Numbered from the stretch's first letter, positions 18,688-28,291 are shown. The stretch: 64,000 nt of DNA from an uncultured Lachnospiraceae bacterium (GCA_947089585.1 CAMULB010000001.1:440-64439), one strand, 5' to 3'. A program made the numbers and translations. The notes: a model not told the origin generated them from the sequence alone.

Positions 18688-18760
18688 ATGCTCCAGCCCT
18701 CATCGCTTACCGCTACTCTTATATTCTCCATATGCTTCGCCCTCATCTCTTGCCGCTATT
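18673..18760. repeat. 44-bp tandem duplication spanning the cbiK start codon
   Basis: Unit tcttatattctccatatgct... occurs twice (18673-18716 and 18717-18760) with about 85 percent identity and one indel. The upstream copy carries a second ATGGAGAATATAAGA. Confidence 0.85.
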
Positions 18761-18986
18761 CCTCGAATTCCACTGTCACAAAAAATCCTTTTGGCGTCTC
18801 ATCCACACTGACTACCTTTCCCTGTGTCGATTTCAGCCGTTCGCCAAAGCTGTAATTGCCGGACATCGCATAAGCCTTGCCCAGCGTATAATAATAGGAA
18901 GTGGGAAGCTTGCCTTCTGTCACCGGAAGCACATCGCCCACTTGAAGCAACCCCGTCCGCTCCATCTTAAATTCCATCTGACGCAT
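18756..18986 (-). CDS. Hypothetical small protein (76 aa)
   Basis: The ORF sits 4 nt downstream of trkH. I recognise no family. Confidence 0.4.
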   Translation of the reverse strand: MRQMEFKMERTGLLQVGDVLPVTEGKLPTSYYYTLGKAYAMSGNYSFGERLKSTQGKVVSVDETPKGFFVTVEFEE

Positions 18987-18989
18987 CCG

Positions 18990-20429
18990 TTACCCCCTTG
19001 TCCAGGTAGACGGCGCAAGCAGAACCAGCATAGGGAAAATCTCCAGACGTCCTGCGAGCATATCAAAAATCAGTACCCATTTCGCCGGCGCGCTGAACAC
19101 ATCAAAATTGGCTGTCGGCCCAACCATGTTAAGGCCCGGCCCGATATTATTCAGCGTTGCCGCCACCGCTGTAAAATTTGTCGTCATATCCAGCTCACAT
19201 AAGGAAATCAGCAGCACGGAAAGCGAAAAAATCATCAAGTAAGCGACTAAAAACACTTGCACGCCTTTTCTGACCTCCTTCGACAATACATGATGCTCAA
19301 AATAGGTCTGCTTTACTCGTTTGGGATGTACCAAATGGGAAATTTCATTCTTGATGGATTTAAGCAAAATTACAATCCGCGACACCTTGATTCCGCCGCC
19401 GGTGCTGCCCGCGCAGGCACCGACGAACATCAGGAGCACAAGAATCGTTTTGGAAAAAGCCGGCCACAGATTAAAGTCTGTCGTCGCAAATCCGGTCGTC
19501 GTAATGATGGAACCAACCTGAAATGCCGCATGGTGCAGCGCTTCCCATACACTTGGAAACATCCCACGGACATTCCAGGTAATCAACAGCACTGCTGCCA
19601 CAATGATCAGCAGGTAATAACGCATTTCTTCATAGCGCAGCGCATCCTTGGGCTTGCGGATCAATAACAAATAGTAGACATTGAAATTGATGCCAAACAA
19701 AATCATAAATACCGTGATGATTGCCTGCGCCGACAGCGGATAGGAACCCAAGCTGCTGTTTAAAACTCCAAAACCGCCGGTTCCCGCCGTTCCAAAGGCG
19801 TGTGTGGACGCTTCAAACAGATCCATTCCGGTAAAAAGCAGCAAAATCATCAAAATAATGGTCATTACCATATAGATGCCGTACAAAATACGGGCCGTAT
19901 GGCGCACTCTGGGAACGAGCTTTCCCACCGACGGCCCCGGACTCTCTGCCCGCATCAAGTACATATTATAGCCGCCCGCCAGCGGAAGAACCGCCATCAC
20001 CAGCACCAGCACGCCCATACCTCCAATCCAGTGGGTGAAGCTGCGCCAAAACAGATTGCAGTGCGATAAAGCCTCCACATCGGAAAGGATACTCGATCCA
20101 GTCGTTGTCAGACCGGAGATCGTTTCAAACAGCGCATTGGTAAAGGAAGGAATCTCCCCGGACAGCACAAAGGGAACCGCTCCGGTGACACTTAACACAA
20201 TCCAGCACAATGATACCGTCACAAAGCCTTCCCTGGCATAAAATACATTGCTCTCCGGCTTCCTTCTCTTTCCCACAAAGCCAACGAAAAAACAAACTGC
20301 CGCTGTAATCAGATAAGATAAACATGCTTCTTCGCGATAAATCACGCCCACCAGAGTCGGCAGCAGCAAAAAAATTGCCTGAAACTCCAGAACACGGCAA
20401 ATGATATAGCGAATGATTGAATGATTCAT
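18990..20429 (-). CDS. trkH: Trk/Ktr potassium uptake membrane subunit
   Basis: Polytopic protein with repeated TTTGF/TGGFG selectivity-like motifs. The start MNHSII at 20429 follows an AAGGAG RBS. Confidence 0.88.
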   Translation of the reverse strand: MNHSIIRYIICRVLEFQAIFLLLPTLVGVIYREEACLSYLITAAVCFFVGFVGKRRKPESNVFYAREGFVTVSLCWIVLSVTGAVPFVLSGEIPSFTNALFETISGLTTTGSSILSDVEALSHCNLFWRSFTHWIGGMGVLVLVMAVLPLAGGYNMYLMRAESPGPSVGKLVPRVRHTARILYGIYMVMTIILMILLLFTGMDLFEASTHAFGTAGTGGFGVLNSSLGSYPLSAQAIITVFMILFGINFNVYYLLLIRKPKDALRYEEMRYYLLIIVAAVLLITWNVRGMFPSVWEALHHAAFQVGSIITTTGFATTDFNLWPAFSKTILVLLMFVGACAGSTGGGIKVSRIVILLKSIKNEISHLVHPKRVKQTYFEHHVLSKEVRKGVQVFLVAYLMIFSLSVLLISLCELDMTTNFTAVAATLNNIGPGLNMVGPTANFDVFSAPAKWVLIFDMLAGRLEIFPMLVLLAPSTWTRG

Positions 20430-20454
20430 AACCAGTTGCTCCTTTAAAACATCC

Positions 20455-21810
20455 TTATTTGAGAATATCCCCCAGGTCACGAAAACCCGGATTGGTCGTT
20501 ACCACAACCACGGTATCACCCTTCTGCATACTGTCTGCACCGCCCGGAATAATAATCTTTCCTCTGCGGTTGATACAGCAGATCAACAAATTCTCTTTCA
20601 GCTTCAGATCCTTTAAAGAAATCCCAATCACCGGTGACTGCGCGCCAACCACGAATTCCAACGCTTCCACCCGATTTTCAATCAACCGATAAAGCGTCTC
20701 CACATTGCTTCCGATGGAGTTCTGCATTGCGCGGACATACTGAATGATATAATCGGCCGTAATATATTTTGGGTAAAGAACACTTCCCAAATCCATGCCG
20801 CTGATAATCTCATCATAGGCAATCCGATGAATCTTAGTGACGGTTTTCGCCTTTGAGGCGTGCTTGGCAAACAGGCTTAACATCACATTCTCTTCATCCT
20901 TATTCGTCCAGGAGACAAACGCATGCATTTGCTTCATTCCCTCTTCCTGCAAAAGATTGCGTTCCGTACCGTCTCCTTGAATAATCATCGCCTTGGGGAG
21001 CAAAGCACTCAGCTCACTACAGCGCTCTTTTTTTCGCTCAATGACCTTGACCTCCATCCCCATCGACAACAGCATCTTGGTCAAATAATAGCTGGTCTCA
21101 CCGCCACCTACCACCATAACCTTCCAAATGCGGTTCGTATCCATGCCGATCTTCTTAAAAAATTCGATCGCATGGCGAGGCGCTGCCACCAGAGAAATAA
21201 AATCCTTTTCTTGCAGGCGGAATTTTCCATCTGGAATATATACGTCATCCCCCCGCTCGACAATACAGATCAGAACATCCCCACGAATACTGGAAGAAAT
21301 CTCCATCAGGGAACGTCCGCAGAGCGGAGAACCCGTCTCGACCTTACATTTTAAAAGCTCCACCCGTCCCTTGGCAAATGTATCTACCTTGATCGCCGAC
21401 GGGAATTTTAACAAACGGGAAATTTCCATTGCTGCCGCCAGCTCTGGATTGATTACCATTGACAGTCCAAGCTCTTCCTTAATATAGTTAATCTCTTTGT
21501 TGTAAATTGGATTGCGTACTCTGGCAATGGTATTGCAGTTCCCCGCTTTTTTTGCAATCAGACAGCACAGCAGATTCAATTCATCCGAGGTAGTAACCGC
21601 AATCAACAAGTCGGCATTGCTGATGCCAGCTTCATTCTGTACGTTGAAGCTGGCACCATTTCCAATAAATCCCATCACGTCGTATTGATTGGTGATTGAT
21701 TCTACCCGTTCTTCGTCACGATCAATGACCGTGATACTGTGTCCCTCTTTACTTAATTGTTCGGTCAGCGTACTTCCAACATTTCCGCAGCCTACAATAA
21801 TAATCCGCAT
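20455..21810 (-). CDS. trkA: Trk system NAD-binding subunit
   Basis: Two RCK/TrkA-N Rossmann folds (IIVGCGNVGS and VVGGGETSYYL); 451 aa. Confidence 0.9.
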   Translation of the reverse strand: MRIIIVGCGNVGSTLTEQLSKEGHSITVIDRDEERVESITNQYDVMGFIGNGASFNVQNEAGISNADLLIAVTTSDELNLLCCLIAKKAGNCNTIARVRNPIYNKEINYIKEELGLSMVINPELAAAMEISRLLKFPSAIKVDTFAKGRVELLKCKVETGSPLCGRSLMEISSSIRGDVLICIVERGDDVYIPDGKFRLQEKDFISLVAAPRHAIEFFKKIGMDTNRIWKVMVVGGGETSYYLTKMLLSMGMEVKVIERKKERCSELSALLPKAMIIQGDGTERNLLQEEGMKQMHAFVSWTNKDEENVMLSLFAKHASKAKTVTKIHRIAYDEIISGMDLGSVLYPKYITADYIIQYVRAMQNSIGSNVETLYRLIENRVEALEFVVGAQSPVIGISLKDLKLKENLLICCINRRGKIIIPGGADSMQKGDTVVVVTTNPGFRDLGDILK

Positions 21811-21833
21811 GTCTCCTCCTCAAGTCCTTACCC

Positions 21834-22901
21834 TTAACGTTTTCCTGTATATTCGCAGCCGACCCCTTTTACCAGCAGCTTGTCAATCAAGGTATAACGT
21901 CTGCCTTTTCGTTTGTACAGCCGAATTTCACCCTTACCGGTTCCGCCTCCGATTCTCAAATCGCGGTTCCAGACTCCGTCCGGCGTCTGGTACTCCAGCT
22001 TCTGCATCTCATTCTCATCACAGACAATCTTAAACTCCATGGCCGTGCGCAAATTGGTGGCCTTGACATGCCAAAGCACCTTTCCCCGCTTCATCCCGCA
22101 GGCGTACCGCATACGGGCAAAAGTCCAGGGTGCAGCATAATTGATTTCCCGGTTCTTTCCTTCATAATAAATGTCCGCAAAGGGCTTACTGCGCAGCGAA
22201 ATTCCCATCACAACAGGATTGCCACCGCCAATTGCGAAAGCTGATTTCTGAAGAATCCTTCCGCTTCTTAAGCTCTTGATCTGGTTCCCGTACAGCCAAA
22301 ACCAGGGACAAGTATAATCCCGGCCCCACTTCTTGTCCGCATATCCGCAGCATTCCTTCTCCGTCACGTCATAGCGCTCGCCGTCTAATGTCACGGTTCC
22401 TTCAAAATATGTACGCAGTCCTTCCGCATGCCAATACATATCAAAAGGATTCAGCTCCCGAACCGGCTTGCTGGCGCTGTAGCCAACATGGAACGAGGTT
22501 TTCTTATCCATGCGCAGAGACCACATCATAGAATGTGCCCCTTTAATCCTGCCCCAAATATTATTCTCGGATAAAAAGCATTCCCCGGCTGTAATTTTCA
22601 AAAAGGTAGGGGCTACCTCCATCTCCTCAATCCCATAATACTGCTTCAGCTGGAACCCTTTCTTTCCCCAGACACCGGCCCGTACCATAAAATAGGCCGG
22701 CTTCTGGTAGGGCTTATCGCCCATAATCGGCTCTTTCCCTCCCAGCTCAGGGTTTAAAATACAATATTCTACAAAAAAAGTACGCTTTTTGCCGGTTCTC
22801 GCATTGCTTCCCGTAAATGAATGGCACCAGCGGTCATAGCCGTCGCCAGCCAGCTTACCGGTGAGCATCGGCAGATTGCGTTTGATATCATGTTTGTTCA
22901 T
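21834..22901 (-). CDS. Tocopherol-cyclase-like family protein (function unknown in bacteria)
   Basis: YADKKWGRDYTCPWFWLYGN resembles the EKNWG...FP..WFW.QCN signature of VTE1-type cyclases. This call rests on memory of that motif only. Confidence 0.5.
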   Translation of the reverse strand: MNKHDIKRNLPMLTGKLAGDGYDRWCHSFTGSNARTGKKRTFFVEYCILNPELGGKEPIMGDKPYQKPAYFMVRAGVWGKKGFQLKQYYGIEEMEVAPTFLKITAGECFLSENNIWGRIKGAHSMMWSLRMDKKTSFHVGYSASKPVRELNPFDMYWHAEGLRTYFEGTVTLDGERYDVTEKECCGYADKKWGRDYTCPWFWLYGNQIKSLRSGRILQKSAFAIGGGNPVVMGISLRSKPFADIYYEGKNREINYAAPWTFARMRYACGMKRGKVLWHVKATNLRTAMEFKIVCDENEMQKLEYQTPDGVWNRDLRIGGGTGKGEIRLYKRKGRRYTLIDKLLVKGVGCEYTGKR

Positions 22902-22913
22902 TCTCTCACATCC

Positions 22914-23807
22914 TTATCGGTCATATTTTTTCAGAAGTCCCATGCCAAGCGGATATGGCCCTGTGTGAACGCCAATCGTCGCTCCGATCTGAAAAATCTC
23001 AATCTCTTCGATCTTGGAATACCCTTGCATAGAAGCCAACAGCTGATTGCGAAACAGTACCGCTTCCTCATAATCATAGCCATAGCCTACCACAATCCGA
23101 TAGTCATCCGGCGACTCCTTCTGCTTCTCAAAATACTCCTTCACCTGTTCGATCAGCTTCTTTCTCGCCTTCACACGGCTTCTGGTGATGCCAGTCGGGA
23201 AAATCTCTCCTTCCCGCAGCATAATCATCGGCTTGATCCCCAATACTGAGACTGCCGCTCCCATCACCTTGCCAATACGACCACCATGTATCAGATAATC
23301 AAAGCTTCCTACGGTAAAAATAATACGACCTGTAGACTTGATCCGCTCGATCCGAATCACCGCCTCATCCAGAGAAAGTCCCGCCTGCTGCATTCTTGCA
23401 GCCTCCAACACCAGCATCCCCTGTAACACAGTGTTGACCATCGTATCAATTACCACAATCTTCGCATCCGGGTAATCCTCCAGCACCATCCCCCTCGCAT
23501 TCATCGCCGCGTTGTAAGAGCCGCTGAATTTGGAGGTGATACACAGACAGAGAATATCGGTTCCTTTCCTCGCGTATTCTGTGAATACTTCCATATAATC
23601 CTGAATGGAAGGCAGCGATGATTTTGGATAAACATCGGGATAATCCACCATTTTCTGATAAAAATCCCGCACGCCAACCTCTTCTATCTCTTTCTGATAC
23701 GTTTCTCCATCAAAGGTCACGTAAAATGGAACAATTCGGATTCCATGCTGTTTTGGCAGCTCCACGCCCAAGTCGCACGAGCCGTCTGAAATAATCTGAT
23801 ATGACAT
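22914..23807 (-). CDS. DegV-family fatty-acid-binding protein
   Basis: MSYQIISDGSCDLG N-terminus and DegV length. The start at 23807 has an AGGGGA RBS 9 nt upstream. Confidence 0.85.
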   Translation of the reverse strand: MSYQIISDGSCDLGVELPKQHGIRIVPFYVTFDGETYQKEIEEVGVRDFYQKMVDYPDVYPKSSLPSIQDYMEVFTEYARKGTDILCLCITSKFSGSYNAAMNARGMVLEDYPDAKIVVIDTMVNTVLQGMLVLEAARMQQAGLSLDEAVIRIERIKSTGRIIFTVGSFDYLIHGGRIGKVMGAAVSVLGIKPMIMLREGEIFPTGITRSRVKARKKLIEQVKEYFEKQKESPDDYRIVVGYGYDYEEAVLFRNQLLASMQGYSKIEEIEIFQIGATIGVHTGPYPLGMGLLKKYDR

Positions 23808-24142
23808 AGTTTCCATTCCCCTATTATTTATTTTAGAAGTCCTATATACAAGCCACATCTACTCGTACAGTATAACACCTTCTTCCATAATAATAAAGAC
23901 GATCATGAAATTTTAAGAAATAAAAAGACACAGGCAAACTGCAAAACTTATTTAAACGCATTCTTGACATTTCTGACATATTTTTGATACGACGTATTTT
24001 ACCGATTAATCTACTACTATATTTTTTACACGATTATGGAAATAAGAAGACAAATCCTGAAATGATTGATCACCATTCATTGGCTCATAGACATTGCGAA
24101 CATATTAATTCTATTTTGCAAAATCTGTCTATAGATTGGATT

Positions 24143-24481
24143 CTACAAATGCTTTTGTTCAAAACGATATAAGGTCTTTGCCTGTTCGATCAAAAGCTCC
24201 CGTTTCTCTGGTTGTAAACGGCGATACAAACCGATCAATCTGCCTTCCTCTTCGCTCAGAGGCATTGGGCATGCTTCCTTTAAATCGGAAATTCCCAGCA
24301 GGTAATCCGTTGTAACATTAAAATATTTGGCCAATCGGGCTAAGGTTGCAAAATCCGGTTCCCGATAATTATTCACATAGCCATTCAATGTGGTTTTTGC
24401 CATATGCAGCTGTATAGACAACTCTTTTTGCGTAATATCCGATTCTTCGATCAGCTGATGCAAACGTCCCGCGAAATCCAT
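24143..24481 (-). CDS. XRE-family HTH transcriptional regulator
   Basis: N-terminal HTH (ITQKELSIQLHMAKTTLNGYVNNYREPDFATLARLAKYFNVTTDYLLG). Confidence 0.85.
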   Translation of the reverse strand: MDFAGRLHQLIEESDITQKELSIQLHMAKTTLNGYVNNYREPDFATLARLAKYFNVTTDYLLGISDLKEACPMPLSEEEGRLIGLYRRLQPEKRELLIEQAKTLYRFEQKHL

Positions 24482-24598
24482 AGAATCTCCCCCTTGCTGT
24501 CTGCGTACTTTTTATCACTATATAAAATACTAAAGTCCCACCACAGCCGGGATTTTATACGCGAAAAAGAGTACGTAGTACTCGAAACGCGTACTAAC

Positions 24599-24958
24599 TT
24601 AGGATTTTCTTCTATTGTTTTTTTGGTTTAATTCTAATACGCGCAAAGCTTCCGCCTGCTTCATTAAGATATTCTGATTATCCGACTGTAGATCTCGATA
24701 GATTCCCACCAAATTTCCCTCACGAACCGTGAGCGATCCTTCTGGATATTTTCTGATATTGGTATTGCCTGCCAGATAATCAGGGGATACATTAAAATAA
24801 TCTGCCATGCTCTTTAACATCTCCTGGCTTGGCTGTCTCTTTCCCCTGATATATCCGTTGATTGTGGATTTTGCGATATGCAAATCTTCTGCGGCCTGAC
24901 GCTGAGTCAATCCATATTCCTGTAATAAGCCCTCCAATCGTGTGCTAAAATTCATCAA
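24599..24958 (-). CDS. XRE-family HTH transcriptional regulator (paralog of 24143-24481)
   Basis: LTQRQAAEDLHIAKSTINGYIRGKRQPSQEMLKSMADYFNVSPDYLAG, with the same architecture as its neighbour. Confidence 0.85.
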   Translation of the reverse strand: MMNFSTRLEGLLQEYGLTQRQAAEDLHIAKSTINGYIRGKRQPSQEMLKSMADYFNVSPDYLAGNTNIRKYPEGSLTVREGNLVGIYRDLQSDNQNILMKQAEALRVLELNQKNNRRKS

Positions 24959-25098
24959 ACTCCCTCCTCAATCTACTATTTTTTTCATATTAAGGGAATT
25001 TTTGCGAATCGGCACAAATATACTCTATTCGCGGATATAATCCGCAAATTGAGTGCTTTTTACGCTATACGCATATAATAATACACATTCTGCGTTTT

Positions 25099-25830
25099 TT
25101 AAATCCAACCGCCATCCATTCGAAGCACTTGCCCAGTCAAATAGGACGGCGCATCCAGCAGCAGCTGTACCATCCGCCCAACCTCTTCGGGCTGTCCAAA
25201 TCTCTGACAGGGTACCTGCTCTGACAGAGCTACCCGCTCTTCCTTTGAAAAACAGCGGTTCATATCCGTATCAATGATTCCGCAGGAGATCGCATTCACC
25301 TGAATATTGCTTGGTGCCAGCTCCTTACCCAGCGCCTTAGTCAAACCATCGACGCCGCCCTTAGAAGCAGAATAAGCCGCTTCACAGGAAGATCCGACAC
25401 TTCCCCAAACAGAAGATATATTGATGATCCGGCCTCTTTTTTTGTGAAGCATCTGTTTTGCGGCGTATTTACAGCACAAAAAAACCCCGGTTAGATTCGT
25501 GCGTATCACACGATCCCACTCCCAGGGTTCCATTTCCGTCAAAAGTCCGATATAGGAGATCCCTGCATTATTCACCAGTACATCCACACATCCAAGCTTT
25601 TCTTTGGTATGATGGAATGCATAGGCCGTAAATTCAGCATCGCCGATATCACCTGCCACAGGCAAACAACACACCGAATATTGTTCTGTAATCTCCCTGG
25701 CCTTCTGTGCCAATCCACGCTCATTTTGCCCGTTGATCGCCAGGTGATACCCGCTGCGCGCCAGCTGCACGGCGATTGCCGCACCGATTCCTCTGGTTGC
25801 TCCTGTTACGAATGCAATTTTTGAAACCAA
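25099..25830 (-). CDS. Short-chain dehydrogenase/reductase (FabG-like)
   Basis: VTGATRGIGAAIA and YSASK motifs; 243 aa. Confidence 0.85.
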   Translation of the reverse strand: MVSKIAFVTGATRGIGAAIAVQLARSGYHLAINGQNERGLAQKAREITEQYSVCCLPVAGDIGDAEFTAYAFHHTKEKLGCVDVLVNNAGISYIGLLTEMEPWEWDRVIRTNLTGVFLCCKYAAKQMLHKKRGRIINISSVWGSVGSSCEAAYSASKGGVDGLTKALGKELAPSNIQVNAISCGIIDTDMNRCFSKEERVALSEQVPCQRFGQPEEVGRMVQLLLDAPSYLTGQVLRMDGGWI

Positions 25831-25933
25831 AATCCTGATCCCTCCTTCCTGCTTCCTAAATGCTTTACTTTTTTAGTATACGACAAGCTCCTCTTGTTTT
25901 CAAGGATTTCTCTTCCCCGATTCCAACTTTCTA

Positions 25934-25962
25934 TTGTGATACCGAATGAAATGCGTTATAAT
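25934..25962 (+). promoter_or_regulatory. Candidate promoter of hpf
   Basis: TTGTGA, a 17-nt spacer, then TATAAT. It lies 48 nt upstream of the ATG. Confidence 0.5.
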
Positions 25963-26009
25963 AGAGACAGGCAATTTTTGTCAAATTAAAATGTAAAGGG
26001 GTTGACATC

Positions 26010-26537
26010 ATGCGTATTACAATCACCGGAAGAAACATCGAAATCACTCCTGGGCTGCGACAGGCAGTAGAGAGCAAGCTCTCCAAGCTGGAACGCTATT
26101 TTACGCCCCAAACCGATGTGATCGTAACCTTAAGCGTAGAAAAGGAAAGACAAAAAATCGAAGTTACCATCCCCGTTAAGGGCAACATCATCCGCTCCGA
26201 ACAGGTCAGCAACGATATGTATGTCTCCATTGATCTGGTGGAAGAAGTAATTGAGCGGCAGCTGAAGAAGTACAAAAACAAGCTGGTTGATGCCAAGCAG
26301 GGCAGCACCCATTTTAAAGCAGATTTTATTGAAAAGGACGCGCCCGAAGAAGAAGAGATTCAGATTATCCGCACCAAGCGGTTTGGCATGAAGCCGATGT
26401 ATCCCGAAGACGCCTGTGTGCAGATGGAGCTGCTGGGCCATAATTTCTTTGTATTCCAGAATGCCGAGACCGAGGAGGTAAATGTGGTCTACAAACGTAA
26501 GGGCAATACCTATGGATTGATTGAGCCGGAATTCTGA
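26010..26537 (+). CDS. hpf: Ribosome hibernation promoting factor (long form)
   Basis: S30AE/YfiA N-domain (MRITITGRNIEITPGLR) plus a C-terminal dimerisation domain (KRFGMKPMYPEDA...VVYKRKGNTYGLIEP). Confidence 0.9.
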   Translation: MRITITGRNIEITPGLRQAVESKLSKLERYFTPQTDVIVTLSVEKERQKIEVTIPVKGNIIRSEQVSNDMYVSIDLVEEVIERQLKKYKNKLVDAKQGSTHFKADFIEKDAPEEEEIQIIRTKRFGMKPMYPEDACVQMELLGHNFFVFQNAETEEVNVVYKRKGNTYGLIEPEF

Positions 26538-26551
26538 TCCGTTTGTAAATG

Positions 26552-26582
26552 AAAGCTGTCGCGAATGAGCGGCAGCTTTTTC
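26552..26582 (+). terminator. Rho-independent terminator of hpf
   Basis: aaagctgtcgc / gcggcagcttt stem with a 6-nt loop, then tttt. Confidence 0.7.
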
Positions 26583-26844
26583 TGTTCCCTTCTTTCTATT
26601 TCATTTGCAATTCCTTCATAAATAATTTTAAATTATAAAGAGTTTTTTTAGAAATTATCCATATTTTGCACACATTTTTCGATTATACTTGATTTATCAA
26701 ATGAAGCTGATAGCACATAAGAAAGCGCGCATCGTTATCAGCTTCGACTAACAACAATTTCCTTTATATAGATTCGGCATTGCTGTTGCCATCATCAGCA
26801 GATGCCACAACGTTTTTTTCATAAATTTACTCCCCTCTTTTTTG

Positions 26845-26874
26845 AAAAAACAGCTGCACAGGCAGCTGTTTTTT
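26845..26874 (-). terminator. Bidirectional terminator downstream of the amidohydrolase gene
   Basis: aaaaaa cagctgc acag gcagctg tttttt. Confidence 0.75.
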
Positions 26875-26935
26875 CATTGTTTGGATGTGCGTTCTTAACT
26901 GCTGACGGCAATGCAAATCCGCAGATCCAAAAATC

Positions 26936-28129
26936 CTATTGCAATTTCATCTGATCTACTACCAGTACCCCGTCTACAATCACCTTTTCAACCATCGTAT
27001 CGGAAATCAGCGGATCTCCGTCGGCAATGAAAAGATCCGCATCTTTCCCTTCCTCCAGGCTCCCGACACGGTCGTCCACCCCAATATGCTTAGCCGCATG
27101 AATTGTAATCGCCTTTAAGGCCTCAAACGGCTCCATTCCGTGCTTTACCGCCAGCCCGGCGCATAAGGGCAGGTACTGCTGCTGAATGACCGGAGAATCG
27201 GTAATAATCGACACCTGACAGCCCGCCTTTGCCAGAATCCCAGGCGTCTCGAAGCTCTTATTTTTTAATTCCACTTTCCCGGCGTGGCCAAAGGTTGGCC
27301 CAACGGCTACCGGAAATCCTTCTGCTGCCAGCTCGTCGGCAATCAAAGAGCCGTCCGTACAGTGATCAATCGTCAATCCCAGGCCATATTCTTTTGCAAT
27401 CCGAATCGCGGTAAAAATGTCGTCCGCCCGGTGAGCATGTGCTTTTAAAGGCATCCTTCCCTCTATAACGGGAATCAGCGCTTCCAGCTTGGGATCATAG
27501 GCAGGATGTTTCGTAACATCGCTTCCGGCTGCTTCTCTTTTTGCCAAATATTCTTTGGTTCGCTCCAGCATAATCCGCAGCTTGGAAGCAGTCGTCATTC
27601 TCGAATAATTATCTTTTTCTTTATAGCAGCGCTTCGGATTCTCACCAAATGCGCATTTCATGGCAACTGCTTTCTTGATCACCATATCGTCTACACGCTT
27701 TCCAACGGTCTTAAGAGCAGTAAATGTGCCGCCTAAGACATTGGAGCTGCCGGGGCCGGTAGCCACACAGGTCACGCCAGCCATAAGCGCCATTTCAAAC
27801 GTCGGATCCTGGGGATTAATACCGTCGATGGCCGACAGCTGCGGCGTAAGTGAATCTGTCGCTTCGTTGTAATCCTGTCCTTCAAATCCAATCCCATAGC
27901 CGTCCAGCCCCAAATGGCAATGCGCCTCTACAAGGCCTGGATAGACATGCTTTTGGGACGCATCAATCACAATTGCATCGCCAAACGCGTCTCCTTCCAG
28001 CTGTGAAGCAATCTTCCTGATCTTTCCTTCGACAATCAACAGGTCTGCCTGATAAGGCTCCTCGTGAACGGCATCATGAATCATGCCCTGTTTGATGATC
28101 ATATTCTGGCTCATCCGTTTCTCCTCCAT
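26936..28129 (-). CDS. Metal-dependent amidohydrolase
   Basis: VEAHCHLG (HxH) motif and TIM-barrel amidohydrolase length (397 aa). Confidence 0.8.
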   Translation of the reverse strand: MEEKRMSQNMIIKQGMIHDAVHEEPYQADLLIVEGKIRKIASQLEGDAFGDAIVIDASQKHVYPGLVEAHCHLGLDGYGIGFEGQDYNEATDSLTPQLSAIDGINPQDPTFEMALMAGVTCVATGPGSSNVLGGTFTALKTVGKRVDDMVIKKAVAMKCAFGENPKRCYKEKDNYSRMTTASKLRIMLERTKEYLAKREAAGSDVTKHPAYDPKLEALIPVIEGRMPLKAHAHRADDIFTAIRIAKEYGLGLTIDHCTDGSLIADELAAEGFPVAVGPTFGHAGKVELKNKSFETPGILAKAGCQVSIITDSPVIQQQYLPLCAGLAVKHGMEPFEALKAITIHAAKHIGVDDRVGSLEEGKDADLFIADGDPLISDTMVEKVIVDGVLVVDQMKLQ

Positions 28130-28233
28130 TTCATACTGTGTTTAGCTTTCCCAAATGCTGATACTTCATTCTGATTTTAGTCCGAATGGAGTACATCTCA
28201 TTTCGATACACATTGCAAGCTCTATATTTTTCC

Positions 28234-28272
28234 TGAAACAACTGCCCTGATTCAAAATTGAACCAGGGCAGT
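28234..28272 (-). terminator. Possible terminator of the surface-protein operon
   Basis: 9-bp stem actgccctg / cagggcagt, followed on the minus strand by a weak tgttt tract. Confidence 0.4.
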
Positions 28273-28291
28273 CTCTTATTGCAGCCAAAAA

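Noticed and set aside
18688-18760. Cobalamin riboswitch expected upstream of cbiK.
   Set aside because: Only about 70 nt separate cbiK from the preceding ORF. This gap is occupied by a simple tandem duplication, and no B12-box-like sequence is visible.
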